A stretch of 64,000 bases of DNA from contig CP179887.1 of the NCBI GenBank assembly GCA_047456295.1, positions 367,159-431,158 of the forward strand. Direction: 5' to 3'. The notes below the pieces were generated by a model. That model did no database searches. It was not told the origin of the DNA and saw only the letters and a program-made list of their open reading frames with translations. The stretch is from Candidatus Nealsonbacteria bacterium. Lineage in GTDB: Bacteria > Patescibacteriota > Minisyncoccia > Minisyncoccales > JANBVM01. Within the stretch, counting starts at the first letter, position 1. Each line of letters starts with the position of its first letter. The position numbers and the translations under genes are program-made. This document shows positions 8,174 through 17,167 of the stretch, in pieces.

Positions 8174-9487
8174 TTATCTTTTTAAAGCTTTTTTCATTTC
8201 TTTTATTACTTTTTCTAATTTTACCTCTTTTTGTTTGCCTGTAGCCATGTGCCTGATTATTATTGTTCCTCCCAGGGCTTCTTTCTGGCCTAAAATCAAG
8301 GTATAATCCACTCCTGACCTGTCTGCTATCGCTAACTGGGCCCTTAAAGAATCCCTGCTAAGAGATTCCAAAACCGGGATTTCTGCTTTCCTGAATTCCT
8401 CTATTAATTTAAAAGTTTTCCTTTTGGCCAAACTGCCTAATTGGGCTAAAAAAATCTGGGGTTTTGTTTTCCTTGGGAATCTAATTGCCTTTTTTTTCAT
8501 CAGCCATATGATTCTGTCAATGCCCCCTGCCGCTCCTACAGCTGGAGTGTCCTTGCCTCCTAAGATTTTAACCAAACCATCGTACCTGCCTCCACCTGCA
8601 AAGGCATGCTTGATTGTTTCTGGAGTTTTCTCCTGTTTTTCTGAACTTTCTTTTTTCTCGGTTAATGGAGAAAAAATTTCAAAGACAGTCCTGGTATAAT
8701 AATCCAATCCCCTGACCAGGTAAGGATTTAAACGATAAGGTATTTCAATCTCATCCAAAGATTCCAAAACCTCTTTGAAATGCTGATGGCAGTTCTGACA
8801 AAGATGGTCTATTATCTGGGGGGCCTGGGAAATTATTCTTTGACACTTCTCCTCTTTACAGTCTAAGATTCCTAAAGGATTTTCTTTTAATCTTCGGCGG
8901 CAGGAAACACACAAACCAATAACCCTTGATTTGAGATAACTCACTAAAAGCTTTTTATAATACGGGCGGCAACTGCTGTCTCCAATGCTGTTTACTTCAA
9001 TGATTAAATCTTTTAATTTAAGCTTTTTTAAAATACTATAAAAAATCTGGATGATTTCAGTATCCCTTGCTGAACTCTCTTCTCCTATGATTTCCAGACC
9101 GAATTGCCAAAACTGACGGAATCTTCCCATCTGAGGTTTTTCATACCGGAAAAAGGGTCCAAAATACCAGAGCTTTACTGGTTTGGGAAAACTCTGCATT
9201 CCGTTTTGGATATATGCCCTGACCACAGGAGCTGTTCCCTCAGGCCTCAGGGTCAAATAATCCCTTCCCCTTGTTCTTAAGGAAAACATTTGTTTTTGAA
9301 CCACCTCTGTTTTCAAACCTATTCCTTTTGAAAAAAGCTCTGTTTCTTCCAAGATTGGGGTTTCTATTTTTTTGAAATTGTAAAAACCAACAATATCATT
9401 AATTACATCATAAATCTTTTGGAAATATCTCTGGTCCTCATCCAGGATATCGTGCATGCCGGTTGGAGATTGAAATTTAAGTTTCAT
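8174..9487 (-). CDS. hisS: Histidyl-tRNA synthetase
   Basis: Class II motifs (LRPEGTAPVVR, FRYEKPQMGRFRQFWQFG, GGGRYDGL) and a C-terminal anticodon-binding domain. Confidence 0.92.
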   Translation of the reverse strand: MKLKFQSPTGMHDILDEDQRYFQKIYDVINDIVGFYNFKKIETPILEETELFSKGIGLKTEVVQKQMFSLRTRGRDYLTLRPEGTAPVVRAYIQNGMQSFPKPVKLWYFGPFFRYEKPQMGRFRQFWQFGLEIIGEESSARDTEIIQIFYSILKKLKLKDLIIEVNSIGDSSCRPYYKKLLVSYLKSRVIGLCVSCRRRLKENPLGILDCKEEKCQRIISQAPQIIDHLCQNCHQHFKEVLESLDEIEIPYRLNPYLVRGLDYYTRTVFEIFSPLTEKKESSEKQEKTPETIKHAFAGGGRYDGLVKILGGKDTPAVGAAGGIDRIIWLMKKKAIRFPRKTKPQIFLAQLGSLAKRKTFKLIEEFRKAEIPVLESLSRDSLRAQLAIADRSGVDYTLILGQKEALGGTIIIRHMATGKQKEVKLEKVIKEMKKALKR

Positions 9488-9499
9488 AATAAATCTTTT

Positions 9500-10048
9500 T
9501 TAATAAGCAGGAGCTTCGAATTTAGCAAGAACTGTAAATGGCCAGGCCCTAAGATATACCCTGCCCACAATATTTTTTTCGGGCAGGACTCCCCAGCGCC
9601 TGGAATCTGAAGAAAACTTTCTGTTATCTCCCAGAACAAAATACTGGTTTTCTGCAAGAGAAATTCGAACAACTCCTCCTGTTTCTAATCCTGGAGACAG
9701 ATATTCTGACTCGTCTAAAGCCTGCATTCCTTCTCCATCAGAAATCAATATTTTGCCATCTTTAATCTCTATTGTCTCTCCAGGGAGACCAATGATTCTT
9801 TTAATGTAGCGTTGAGAAGGGTTTTGGGGATATTTAAAAACAACCACCTCTCCTCTCTGGGGATCTCTGAATCTATAGCTAATCTCGTCAATAATTAAAT
9901 AGTCCCCGGTTTCAAAATTAGGGCTCATTGATATACCCTGAACAAAAAAAGGTTGGAAAATAAGATAGCGGATAGGAATTATGATTATAACTGCCAATAT
10001 GAGAGTCTTTATGGTCTCAGATATAATAGGAAAAAGAAACTTTTTCAT
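9500..10048 (-). CDS. lepB: Signal peptidase I
   Basis: N-terminal TM, catalytic-Ser box GISMSPN, KRIIGLPGE and GDNRKFSSDSR boxes. Confidence 0.9.
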   Translation of the reverse strand: MKKFLFPIISETIKTLILAVIIIIPIRYLIFQPFFVQGISMSPNFETGDYLIIDEISYRFRDPQRGEVVVFKYPQNPSQRYIKRIIGLPGETIEIKDGKILISDGEGMQALDESEYLSPGLETGGVVRISLAENQYFVLGDNRKFSSDSRRWGVLPEKNIVGRVYLRAWPFTVLAKFEAPAY

Positions 10049-10152
10049 ATCTTATTATTTTAGCAGTTTTTTTCATTTTGGCAATCCCTCTTCAATTCAT
10101 GGTTTTTTACTCAAAGGTGTTTTGAACTTAAGGGATGGTATATAATAAGAAT

Positions 10153-10719
10153 ATGAAGATTATTGTTGGCCTGGGAAACCCAGATAAAAAATACAAACTT
10201 ACCCGTCACAACATTGGCAGACTGACACTCATTGAATGGCAGAAAACAGCTGGTTTTCCTGATTTTAAGTTAAAGAAAAAATACAAGGCTCAAACCACAG
10301 AAGCTAGTTTTGCCAGAAAGAAAATAATTCTTGTTCTGCCTGAAACACCTATGAATCTTTCAGGGCAATCGATTAAATCACTTTTTGCCAATTACAAAAC
10401 GCCCTCTACCCGTATCTGGGTGATTCATGACGATATTGACATTGATTTAGGAAAAATTAAAATTATTGAAAATAGAGGGGCTGCTGGCCACAAAGGGGTT
10501 CAATCAATAATCAATAAAATAAGGACCAAAAACTTTGTACGCTTCCGTATCGGCATTAAACCAAAGAATCTCAATCCTGAAGCCTTAGATAATTTTGTTC
10601 TCCAGAAATTTACAAAAAAAGAAAAAGAGATTATAAAAAAAACTGTTAAAAAAACAATTGAAGCAATTGAAACAGCTTTAAAACAAGGAGTGGCAAAAGC
10701 AATGAACAGGTTTAATTAA
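10153..10719 (+). CDS. pth: Peptidyl-tRNA hydrolase
   Basis: MKIIVGLGNPDKKYKLTRHNIG N-terminus is the canonical Pth start. The ORF-track start at 10135 would overlap a TATAAT box at 10141-10146. Confidence 0.9.
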   Translation: MKIIVGLGNPDKKYKLTRHNIGRLTLIEWQKTAGFPDFKLKKKYKAQTTEASFARKKIILVLPETPMNLSGQSIKSLFANYKTPSTRIWVIHDDIDIDLGKIKIIENRGAAGHKGVQSIINKIRTKNFVRFRIGIKPKNLNPEALDNFVLQKFTKKEKEIIKKTVKKTIEAIETALKQGVAKAMNRFN

Positions 10720-10774
10720 CTCTCACCAAATAAAAAAATTGGTTTTACTCAATAGATTATGGCTTAATGAAAAA

Positions 10775-12757
10775 ATGAGTAGTCCAAAAACAGCAAACAG
10801 CGTTGTTATTGCAGGCATCACCCCTTATTTTTTAAAAAGGGATAATTTTTGGTTTGAAAAAAATCTACATAAGATTCTGAAAACGAGAAAGACCCAGACC
10901 TTTTTTGAAAAAAATATATTTCTTGTCGAAAAAGACCAACAATATAATTTCTCTCAATTTCTAAGGAGATTAGATGAAATGGGTTATGAAAAGGTATATA
11001 AGGTGTCTGATATCGGAGAGTTTGCCCAGAGAGGAGGAATCATTGATGTCTTTCCCATAAATTCCAGAGAAGCTGTCAGGCTTGAATTCCTGGGAAATAA
11101 AATACAAACCATTGAAAAGCTTCCCATAACAATTGAGGATGAAAAATCAGCAAAAGAGATTTTACAAAAAAAGTTAAAATCTCAAAGATTATTTTCTGAT
11201 TTAAAGGATATCAAACCAGGAGATTATCTGGTTCATCTGGACCATGGAATTGCCACTTTCAAAGGAAAACAATCACTTTCTGTTTATAAACAGAAAGCTA
11301 CTGATTATTACATACTGGAGTATGCCAAAGGAGATAAACTCTATGTGCCGCTTGGTTTGGAAAGAAAACTATCAAGATATATTGGTTTTGTGGAACCCAA
11401 AATCTCCAGGTTGGGCTCTTTTCTCTGGCAGAAAACAAAGAAAAAAGTAAAAGAAGATACAGAAAAATTAGCCCGGGAACTTTTAGAAATTTATGCTAAA
11501 AGAGAGATGATAAAAAAACCACCATATCTGCCCGAAGACGAAATTGATTTTCAATTAGCCTCTTCTTTTCCTTATGAAGAAACCCCAGACCAAATCAAAT
11601 CTGTTCAAGATATTAAAAAAGACCTGGAAAGTACCAGGCCAATGGATAGACTATTGTGTGGCGACGTAGGGTTTGGTAAAACCGAGGTAGCTTTAAGGGC
11701 AATGGTAAAAACAGTGAAATCAGGCTGGCAAACAGCCATCCTGTGTCCAACAACCATCTTAGCCAACCAGCATTTTCAGAACTTTAGAGAAAGAATCAAA
11801 AACCTGCCAATTACCATTGCTCTTCTTTCAAGATTGAAATCAAAAAGAGAACAAAAACAAATAATTAAGAATGTAAATGAAGGGAAAACTGATATTTTAA
11901 TAGGGACCCATAGAATCTTATCAAGAGATGTTTCTTTTAAAAAATTAGGTTTGTTAATTATTGATGACGAACATAGGTTTGGAGTAAAACAAAAAGAAAA
12001 ATTAAAAAAAATCAGGACCTCCCTTAATGTCTTGTCTCTATCAGCTACCCCTATTCCCAGAACCCTTTATTTGTCTCTCTCTTCCTTAAGAGACATTAGT
12101 TTGATTAAAACCCCTCCTCCTGGAAGACTGCCTGTTAAAACCTTTATCCTCCCTTTTTCTGAAAAAACAATTAAAACAGCTATTGAGAATGAAATCTCCC
12201 GGAAGGGCCAGGTTTATTATTTGCACAACAGGATAGAAACCATTAAAACAGCAAAAAAGTTTTTACAAACACTCTTGCCCAAAGCCCGATTTGATATTGC
12301 CCATGGAAGATTAAAAGAGAAAAAAATAGTTGAAGTAATGAATAATTTCCAAAAAGGAAAAACAGATGTTTTGATTGCTACCACCATTATTGAAAGCGGT
12401 CTTGACCTGCCCAACGTCAATACCTTGATTATAGCTAACACGTCCCGTTTGGGTTTAGCTGAAACACACCAGATAAGAGGACGGGTTGGCAGATCCCATA
12501 TTCAAGCCTTTGCCTATCTTCTATGCCCAAAACATCTCTCAGAAAAGGCAAAGATAAGGTTAGAAACCTTAAAAGAATCCCAGGCCCTTGGTTCTGGCTA
12601 TAAGATAGCTTTAAAAGATTTGGAGATGAGGGGAGCTGGGAACATCTTAGGTAAAGAACAATCAGGAAATATAAACTCCATTGGTCTCAATCTTTATTGC
12701 CAGATACTCTCAGAATCAATTGAGAAATTAAAAAAAATAGGCCACAAAGGACCTTAA
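10775..12757 (+). CDS. mfd: Transcription-repair coupling factor, shortened form
   Basis: CarD/TRCF RNAP-interaction domain (GDYLVHLDHGIATFKG), DEAD/DEAH helicase motifs (GDVGFGKTEVA, DDEHRFG, SATPIPRT) and the translocation region. Only about 660 aa, so the N-terminal UvrB-homology part and C-terminal domain look reduced. Start uncertain (TTG 10739 or ATG 10775). Confidence 0.8.
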   Translation: MSSPKTANSVVIAGITPYFLKRDNFWFEKNLHKILKTRKTQTFFEKNIFLVEKDQQYNFSQFLRRLDEMGYEKVYKVSDIGEFAQRGGIIDVFPINSREAVRLEFLGNKIQTIEKLPITIEDEKSAKEILQKKLKSQRLFSDLKDIKPGDYLVHLDHGIATFKGKQSLSVYKQKATDYYILEYAKGDKLYVPLGLERKLSRYIGFVEPKISRLGSFLWQKTKKKVKEDTEKLARELLEIYAKREMIKKPPYLPEDEIDFQLASSFPYEETPDQIKSVQDIKKDLESTRPMDRLLCGDVGFGKTEVALRAMVKTVKSGWQTAILCPTTILANQHFQNFRERIKNLPITIALLSRLKSKREQKQIIKNVNEGKTDILIGTHRILSRDVSFKKLGLLIIDDEHRFGVKQKEKLKKIRTSLNVLSLSATPIPRTLYLSLSSLRDISLIKTPPPGRLPVKTFILPFSEKTIKTAIENEISRKGQVYYLHNRIETIKTAKKFLQTLLPKARFDIAHGRLKEKKIVEVMNNFQKGKTDVLIATTIIESGLDLPNVNTLIIANTSRLGLAETHQIRGRVGRSHIQAFAYLLCPKHLSEKAKIRLETLKESQALGSGYKIALKDLEMRGAGNILGKEQSGNINSIGLNLYCQILSESIEKLKKIGHKGP

Positions 12758-12777
12758 ATTTAATTTTTAATCTTCTT

Positions 12778-12945
12778 TTAATCTTCATCAAAAGGAAAAT
12801 CAAGAAAATCTAAAAGAGCAAAGATTCCTACTATCCCACCAAAACAAAAGATATTAAAGAATCCTTCCCCGATTGCTCCTATAATCTTTACTGTTCTTTT
12901 TAATAATTCTGACTCCTCAGGAGGATTATCACATATCGATCCCAT
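12778..12945 (-). CDS. Possible small hydrophobic protein (55 aa), below the ORF-track cutoff
   Basis: ATG preceded by AAAGGGGTGA 7 nt upstream. Translation MGSICDNPPEESELLKRTVKIIGAIGEGFFNIFCFGGIVGIFALLDFLDFPFDED. No homolog recognised. Confidence 0.35.
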   Translation of the reverse strand: MGSICDNPPEESELLKRTVKIIGAIGEGFFNIFCFGGIVGIFALLDFLDFPFDED

Positions 12946-13246
12946 TAATTTTCACCCCTTTTTAAATTTTAAATACAACTTATTTTTTTTATATAAATTG
13001 AGTGTCTAAATAATAAAATATTTGATTAAAAAAGTCAAATGTTTTCAAAATTTAAAGATTATTGTTATAGTAGTTTAACAATTATGGATGAAATAAAAGC
13101 CATCGCTCTAAAAAAACAAAAAATATCTGAAGCTCTAAATTTTGCCAAAGCAAAATTGTTTTGCTATTGTGGGAACAAGGTTTTGCTTTAATTACAAAAA
13201 ACAGATAGAAAAATAATATTTAAACTATCACCTTAACGTCAAAACA

Positions 13247-15292
13247 ATGAAATTAATAATAGTAGAAAGCCCTACAAAGTCTAAGACCCTAAAAAGATTT
13301 CTGGGGGAAAACTATCAAATCGCAGCTACCATGGGACACATCCGTGATTTGCCACAAAAGACCTTTGGTATTGACATAGATAAAGATTTTACCCCCAATT
13401 ACATTATTATTCCAAAAAGGGAAAGCACTATTAAAGAACTTAAAAAATTGCAGTCAAAAGCTGAACAGGTCTATTTGGCCATGGATCCTGACAGGGAAGG
13501 AGAAGCCATAGCCTGGCATCTCAGCCAGATTTTAAAAAGAAAAAATCTTCAAAGGATTGTTTTCCATGAAATTACAAAATCAGCCATTGAAAAGGCAATA
13601 GAAAATCCAAGAAAGATTGATATTAAATTGGTCAATGCCCAGCAAGCAAGGAGAATCTTGGACAGGATTGTAGGCTACAAATTATCTCCTTTTTTATGGA
13701 AGAAAGTGCTCAGGAGATTGTCAGCAGGAAGGGTTCAGTCAGTAACAGTAAGGCTGGTGGTAGAAAGGGAAAAAGAAATAAAAAACTTTGTCCCACAGGA
13801 ATATTGGACAATTGAAGCTCTCTTAAAAAAAGACAAGCAGGAAATAAAGGCTTTATTGGTTAAAAAACAAGGGAAAACAATTCCAAAATTAGGAATCAAA
13901 ACAAAGAAAGAAGCAACAAAGATAACAAAGGATTTAAAGGGAGCTGATTACAAAGTCATCAATGTTGAAAAAAAAGAAATAAAAAGGAATCCCCTTCCTC
14001 CTTTTATGACTTCCACCTTACAGCAAGAGGCCTGGAAAAGATTCCGTTTCCCGGCAAAGATAACAATGCAGACAGCCCAACATCTTTATGAAAGGGGTTT
14101 AATCACCTATCATCGTTCAGACTCTTTGAATCTTTCCAAAGAATCCCTTTTTAAAACCAAGGATTTCATTGTTGGAAATTACGGAGAAAACTACTGGGCA
14201 GGATTTTTAAGAAACTATAAAACAAAAAGCAAATCTGCCCAAGAAGCCCATGAAGCCATAAGACCGACCTATCCAGATAAAACACCAGAAAAAGTAGAGG
14301 AAAAAGAGAAATTAAACCGCAATGCCTCCCGTCTCTATGACTTAATCTGGAGAAGATTTATTGCCTGTCAAATGGCGCCTGCTGTCTTTGATTCCCTGAA
14401 AGCAGATATTGAGGTAAAAGAGTATATATTCAGAACTACCGGACAAACCTTAAAATTTGAAGGTTTCTTAAAGGTTTATCCATTAAAATTTGAGGAAACA
14501 AAACTGCCCGTATTAGTAAAAGATGAAATCTTAGAATTGATAAAACTCATTCCTTTCCAGCACTTTACCCAGGCTCCCCCAAGATATACCGAGGCCAGTT
14601 TAATAAAAACACTGGAAGAAAACGGGATTGGAAGACCGTCAACCTATGCCTCAATCATATCAACAATCCAGGAAAGGAACTATATACAAAAAGACGAGAA
14701 AAGACGTTTTCAGCCTACGGAAATCGGAACCGTGGTTAATAACCTCTTGGTAAATCATTTTAAAAACATTGTTGATATTAATTTTACTGCAAAAATGGAA
14801 GAGGATTTGGATGATATTGCCAAGGGAGAAAAAAAATGGATTCCAGTCATAAAGGAATTTTATACGCCTTTTGAAAAGAATTTAAAGGAAAAAGAAAAGG
14901 AAATCCCTGACAAAAAAACAACTTACCAAAAAACCAAGGAAAAATGTCCAAAATGCGGAGCTCCTATGGTTATAAAACTGGGCAAATACGGAAAATTCTA
15001 TGCTTGTTCTACCTTCCCAAAATGCAAATACACAAAAACCTTAAAAAAGAACAAGTTGGGAATAAAATGTCCTAAATGCAAGAAAGGAGAAGTTCTTGAA
15101 AAAAGAACCAAAAAAAGAAAGCTTTTTTACGGCTGTTCAAATTGGCCTGATTGTGATTTTGCCAGCTGGTATAAGCCAACTGGAAAAATCTGTCCAAGAT
15201 GCAGTTCTCTTTTAGTAAAAACAAAAAGAAATCAGGTAAAGTGTTCAAATAAAGAGTGTGATTATAAGAACCTGCCTTCGGCAGAACCTTGA
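13247..15292 (+). CDS. topA: DNA topoisomerase I
   Basis: Toprim N-terminus (MKLIIVESPTKSKTL), DPDREGEAIAWH, catalytic-Tyr region ITYHRSDS, three C-terminal zinc ribbons (CPKCG..., CPKCKKG..., CPRCSS...). Confidence 0.93.
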   Translation: MKLIIVESPTKSKTLKRFLGENYQIAATMGHIRDLPQKTFGIDIDKDFTPNYIIIPKRESTIKELKKLQSKAEQVYLAMDPDREGEAIAWHLSQILKRKNLQRIVFHEITKSAIEKAIENPRKIDIKLVNAQQARRILDRIVGYKLSPFLWKKVLRRLSAGRVQSVTVRLVVEREKEIKNFVPQEYWTIEALLKKDKQEIKALLVKKQGKTIPKLGIKTKKEATKITKDLKGADYKVINVEKKEIKRNPLPPFMTSTLQQEAWKRFRFPAKITMQTAQHLYERGLITYHRSDSLNLSKESLFKTKDFIVGNYGENYWAGFLRNYKTKSKSAQEAHEAIRPTYPDKTPEKVEEKEKLNRNASRLYDLIWRRFIACQMAPAVFDSLKADIEVKEYIFRTTGQTLKFEGFLKVYPLKFEETKLPVLVKDEILELIKLIPFQHFTQAPPRYTEASLIKTLEENGIGRPSTYASIISTIQERNYIQKDEKRRFQPTEIGTVVNNLLVNHFKNIVDINFTAKMEEDLDDIAKGEKKWIPVIKEFYTPFEKNLKEKEKEIPDKKTTYQKTKEKCPKCGAPMVIKLGKYGKFYACSTFPKCKYTKTLKKNKLGIKCPKCKKGEVLEKRTKKRKLFYGCSNWPDCDFASWYKPTGKICPRCSSLLVKTKRNQVKCSNKECDYKNLPSAEP

Positions 15293-15330
15293 TTCTTCGA
15301 ATTAAGAACCTGCCTTCGGCAGAACCTTGA
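15265..15330 (+). repeat. Direct duplication (2 x 28 nt, 38-nt period) of the topA 3' end including its stop codon
   Basis: TAAGAACCTGCCTTCGGCAGAACCTTGA occurs at 15265-15292 and again identically at 15303-15330. Each copy contains the small hairpin CTGCC-TTC-GGCAG. Confidence 0.85.
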
Positions 15331-15400
15331 AATGCTTCGCATTATAAAGAATAATAAATTGACGATTGGGTTAAAAATTAGTAAATTTAAGCAGTAATGA

Positions 15401-15484
15401 GCCGGAGTGCTGAAATTGGAAAACAGGGTGGATTCAAAATCCACTGTCCGTAAGGACTTGAGGGTTCAAGTCCCTCCTCCGGCA
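15401..15484 (+). tRNA. tRNA-Leu (anticodon CAA), class II with long variable arm
   Basis: Acceptor GCCGGAG/CTCCGGC, anticodon arm GTGGA-TTCAAAA-TCCAC, long variable arm, T arm GAGGG-TTCAAGT-CCCTC, discriminator A; CCA not encoded. Confidence 0.9.
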
Positions 15485-15494
15485 CTTTTAATTT

Positions 15495-15572
15495 CGGCTA
15501 AGATTCGAGCCGCGTAGCTCGCCCTGGTAGCCCGAGTCCGCCAGCTGGCGGATAAGTTCGTTTGACTTTTTT
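15495..15572 (+). other. GC-rich structured element of unknown nature just 3' of tRNA-Leu
   Basis: Visibly GC-rich against AT-rich flanks. Contains hairpin CGGCT-N8-AGCCG, direct repeat GTAGCYCG x2, a perfect 14-nt palindrome CCGCCAGCTGGCGG, then TTTTTT at 15567. It does not fold as a tRNA cloverleaf by hand. Confidence 0.3.
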
Positions 15573-15675
15573 GATGAGAATTGATAAAGTATAAATTCAT
15601 AAAAGATAGTTCGTTAACAATAAAAGAAAAGTAGTTGGAAATTATCTTTTAAAATTAAAACAGAGAGGAAAAAAA

Positions 15676-16035
15676 ATGCCATTAGTATATAAAGAACCAA
15701 AGTGGGAAAATAAAAGAGAGGAGAATTTTAATTTTACAGACACTGAGGAAAATGAAAAGGTTAAAGCCATTCTTAATCTTAAGAAAATAATTGATGATAT
15801 ACCACTTCGTGCTGAAGCTAAAATTAAAATAATTATAAAAAAGAAGAAGAAAATTGAAAAAGCTTACCCTTATATGGGAGTTTTAGAATACGAGGTTTTT
15901 AAAACAATAATAGATAATATAGAGGGTACTGGTAAACTAATTATTTTCTGGAATGAAAAAAAGAGTATATTTGAGAGCAAATGGGCTAAAAAAACTCAAA
16001 AAAAATCTAAAAAATTTATGAGGAAAATTAAATAA
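15676..16035 (+). CDS. Hypothetical Lys-rich protein (119 aa)
   Basis: ATG preceded by GAGAGGA; followed by its own terminator. No family recognised. Confidence 0.55.
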   Translation: MPLVYKEPKWENKREENFNFTDTEENEKVKAILNLKKIIDDIPLRAEAKIKIIIKKKKKIEKAYPYMGVLEYEVFKTIIDNIEGTGKLIIFWNEKKSIFESKWAKKTQKKSKKFMRKIK

Positions 16036-16044
16036 AAGAATAAT

Positions 16045-16074
16045 ACTGAAGTAATAATATTTCAGTTTTTTTTA
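16045..16074 (+). terminator. Rho-independent terminator after the 119-aa ORF
   Basis: ACTGAA-gtaataatat-TTCAGT followed by a T run. Confidence 0.6.
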
Positions 16075-16167
16075 TTCAAACTTTCGTTAACCAAGTTCTA
16101 ACCCAGTCGCGTAGACGACAAAAAACCGCCTTTTGAAGCGATTTTTTGTTTTTCTTAATGTTTCTTA

Positions 16168-17121
16168 TTACATTCTCTCAATTGCTAATTTTACTGCACC
16201 TATTACGGGTGCTTTTTTAGGTAAAATAAATTTTACTTTTGGGGCTATTTTTTTAATTTCTTTTTTAACTCTATTTAATACAATCTTTGATTTAAATATT
16301 CCTCCCACTAAAACCAAAGGAAATTTTAAAGATTCTAATTTTAATTTTTTAATAACCAGTTTTGCACCTAAAACTAATTCTTGTGCAGCTATAACCATAA
16401 TTTCTTTAGCAATCTTATCTCCTCTTTTGCTAGCCTTATCACAAATAATGGATAAAAGGGGAACAGTCACAGTTGGGTTTTTAGAATAAATAAAATCCAC
16501 TAAATCTTCTTTTTTTCTTAGTTTCAACTCTTTAAAAGTTAATTTTGTCAATAATGTTTTAGGCCCCCTACCATCCAGGTCTTTAAAAATTACCTGAAAT
16601 GTCTTCTGTCCCACAAAAAAAGCTGAACCCTCATCTGCCAACCATCCCCATGCGCTTACATGCAACTGTCTTTTCCCTTTCCAGCCTCGAACCACGCTGC
16701 CTGTGCCTGCAATTACCAAAACCCCATCTTTTTGGTCGCTACCCGATCTGAAAGCTACTTCCTGGTCAGAACCAATTTCTACTTTTCCTTTGAAAATTTC
16801 TGGAACTTTCTTTGAAATTTCTTTTTTTATTTCTTTCTTTTTAGATTTAAATTCCTCGGCTACAGCCGGCAATCCAATAAAAGTAGAAATAATTTTTGCA
16901 TCTTTTTTTTGTTTTAAGAGTTTATTTATTGCTTTAGCAACGTTGTCTGTTGCTTTTTTTATTCCTATATTTCTCGGACTGGAAGAACCTGCTCTTGCAA
17001 TTTTTAAAATTTTTCCTTCCAAATTAGCTAAGGCAGTAATTGTTTTTGTTCCTCCTCCATCGACTCCAATTACATATCCTTCGGTAAATTCAGGACTGGG
17101 TTTTTGTTTTTTGGTCTTCAT
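16168..17121 (-). CDS. BadF/BadG/BcrA/BcrD-type ATPase, N-acetylglucosamine kinase-like
   Basis: ASKHA motifs VIGVDGGGTKT, VIAGTGS, GWGWLADEGSAFFVG. Start set at internal ATG (MKTKKQ) to avoid overlap with the upstream gene; the ORF-track start is 17223. Confidence 0.7.
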   Translation of the reverse strand: MKTKKQKPSPEFTEGYVIGVDGGGTKTITALANLEGKILKIARAGSSSPRNIGIKKATDNVAKAINKLLKQKKDAKIISTFIGLPAVAEEFKSKKKEIKKEISKKVPEIFKGKVEIGSDQEVAFRSGSDQKDGVLVIAGTGSVVRGWKGKRQLHVSAWGWLADEGSAFFVGQKTFQVIFKDLDGRGPKTLLTKLTFKELKLRKKEDLVDFIYSKNPTVTVPLLSIICDKASKRGDKIAKEIMVIAAQELVLGAKLVIKKLKLESLKFPLVLVGGIFKSKIVLNRVKKEIKKIAPKVKFILPKKAPVIGAVKLAIERM

Positions 17122-17167
17122 ATTTTTGATTTTAGCAAAAAAAATAGGCTCATCTTTTAAAGAAATG

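Noticed and set aside
15262-15444. A 60-aa minus-strand ORF overlapping tRNA-Leu, and a 64-aa minus-strand ORF (51005-51199) overlapping tmRNA.
   Set aside because: Both overlap confidently identified RNA genes and have no start context or recognisable product.
15495-15560. An attempt to read the GC-rich element after tRNA-Leu as a second tRNA, because of GTAGCTC...CTGGTAG...GTTCG snippets.
   Set aside because: No 7-nt anticodon loop exists (the central hairpin CCGCC-AGCT-GGCGG has a 4-nt loop), no acceptor stem pairing was found and no proper T arm is present. It is kept only as an unexplained structured element.
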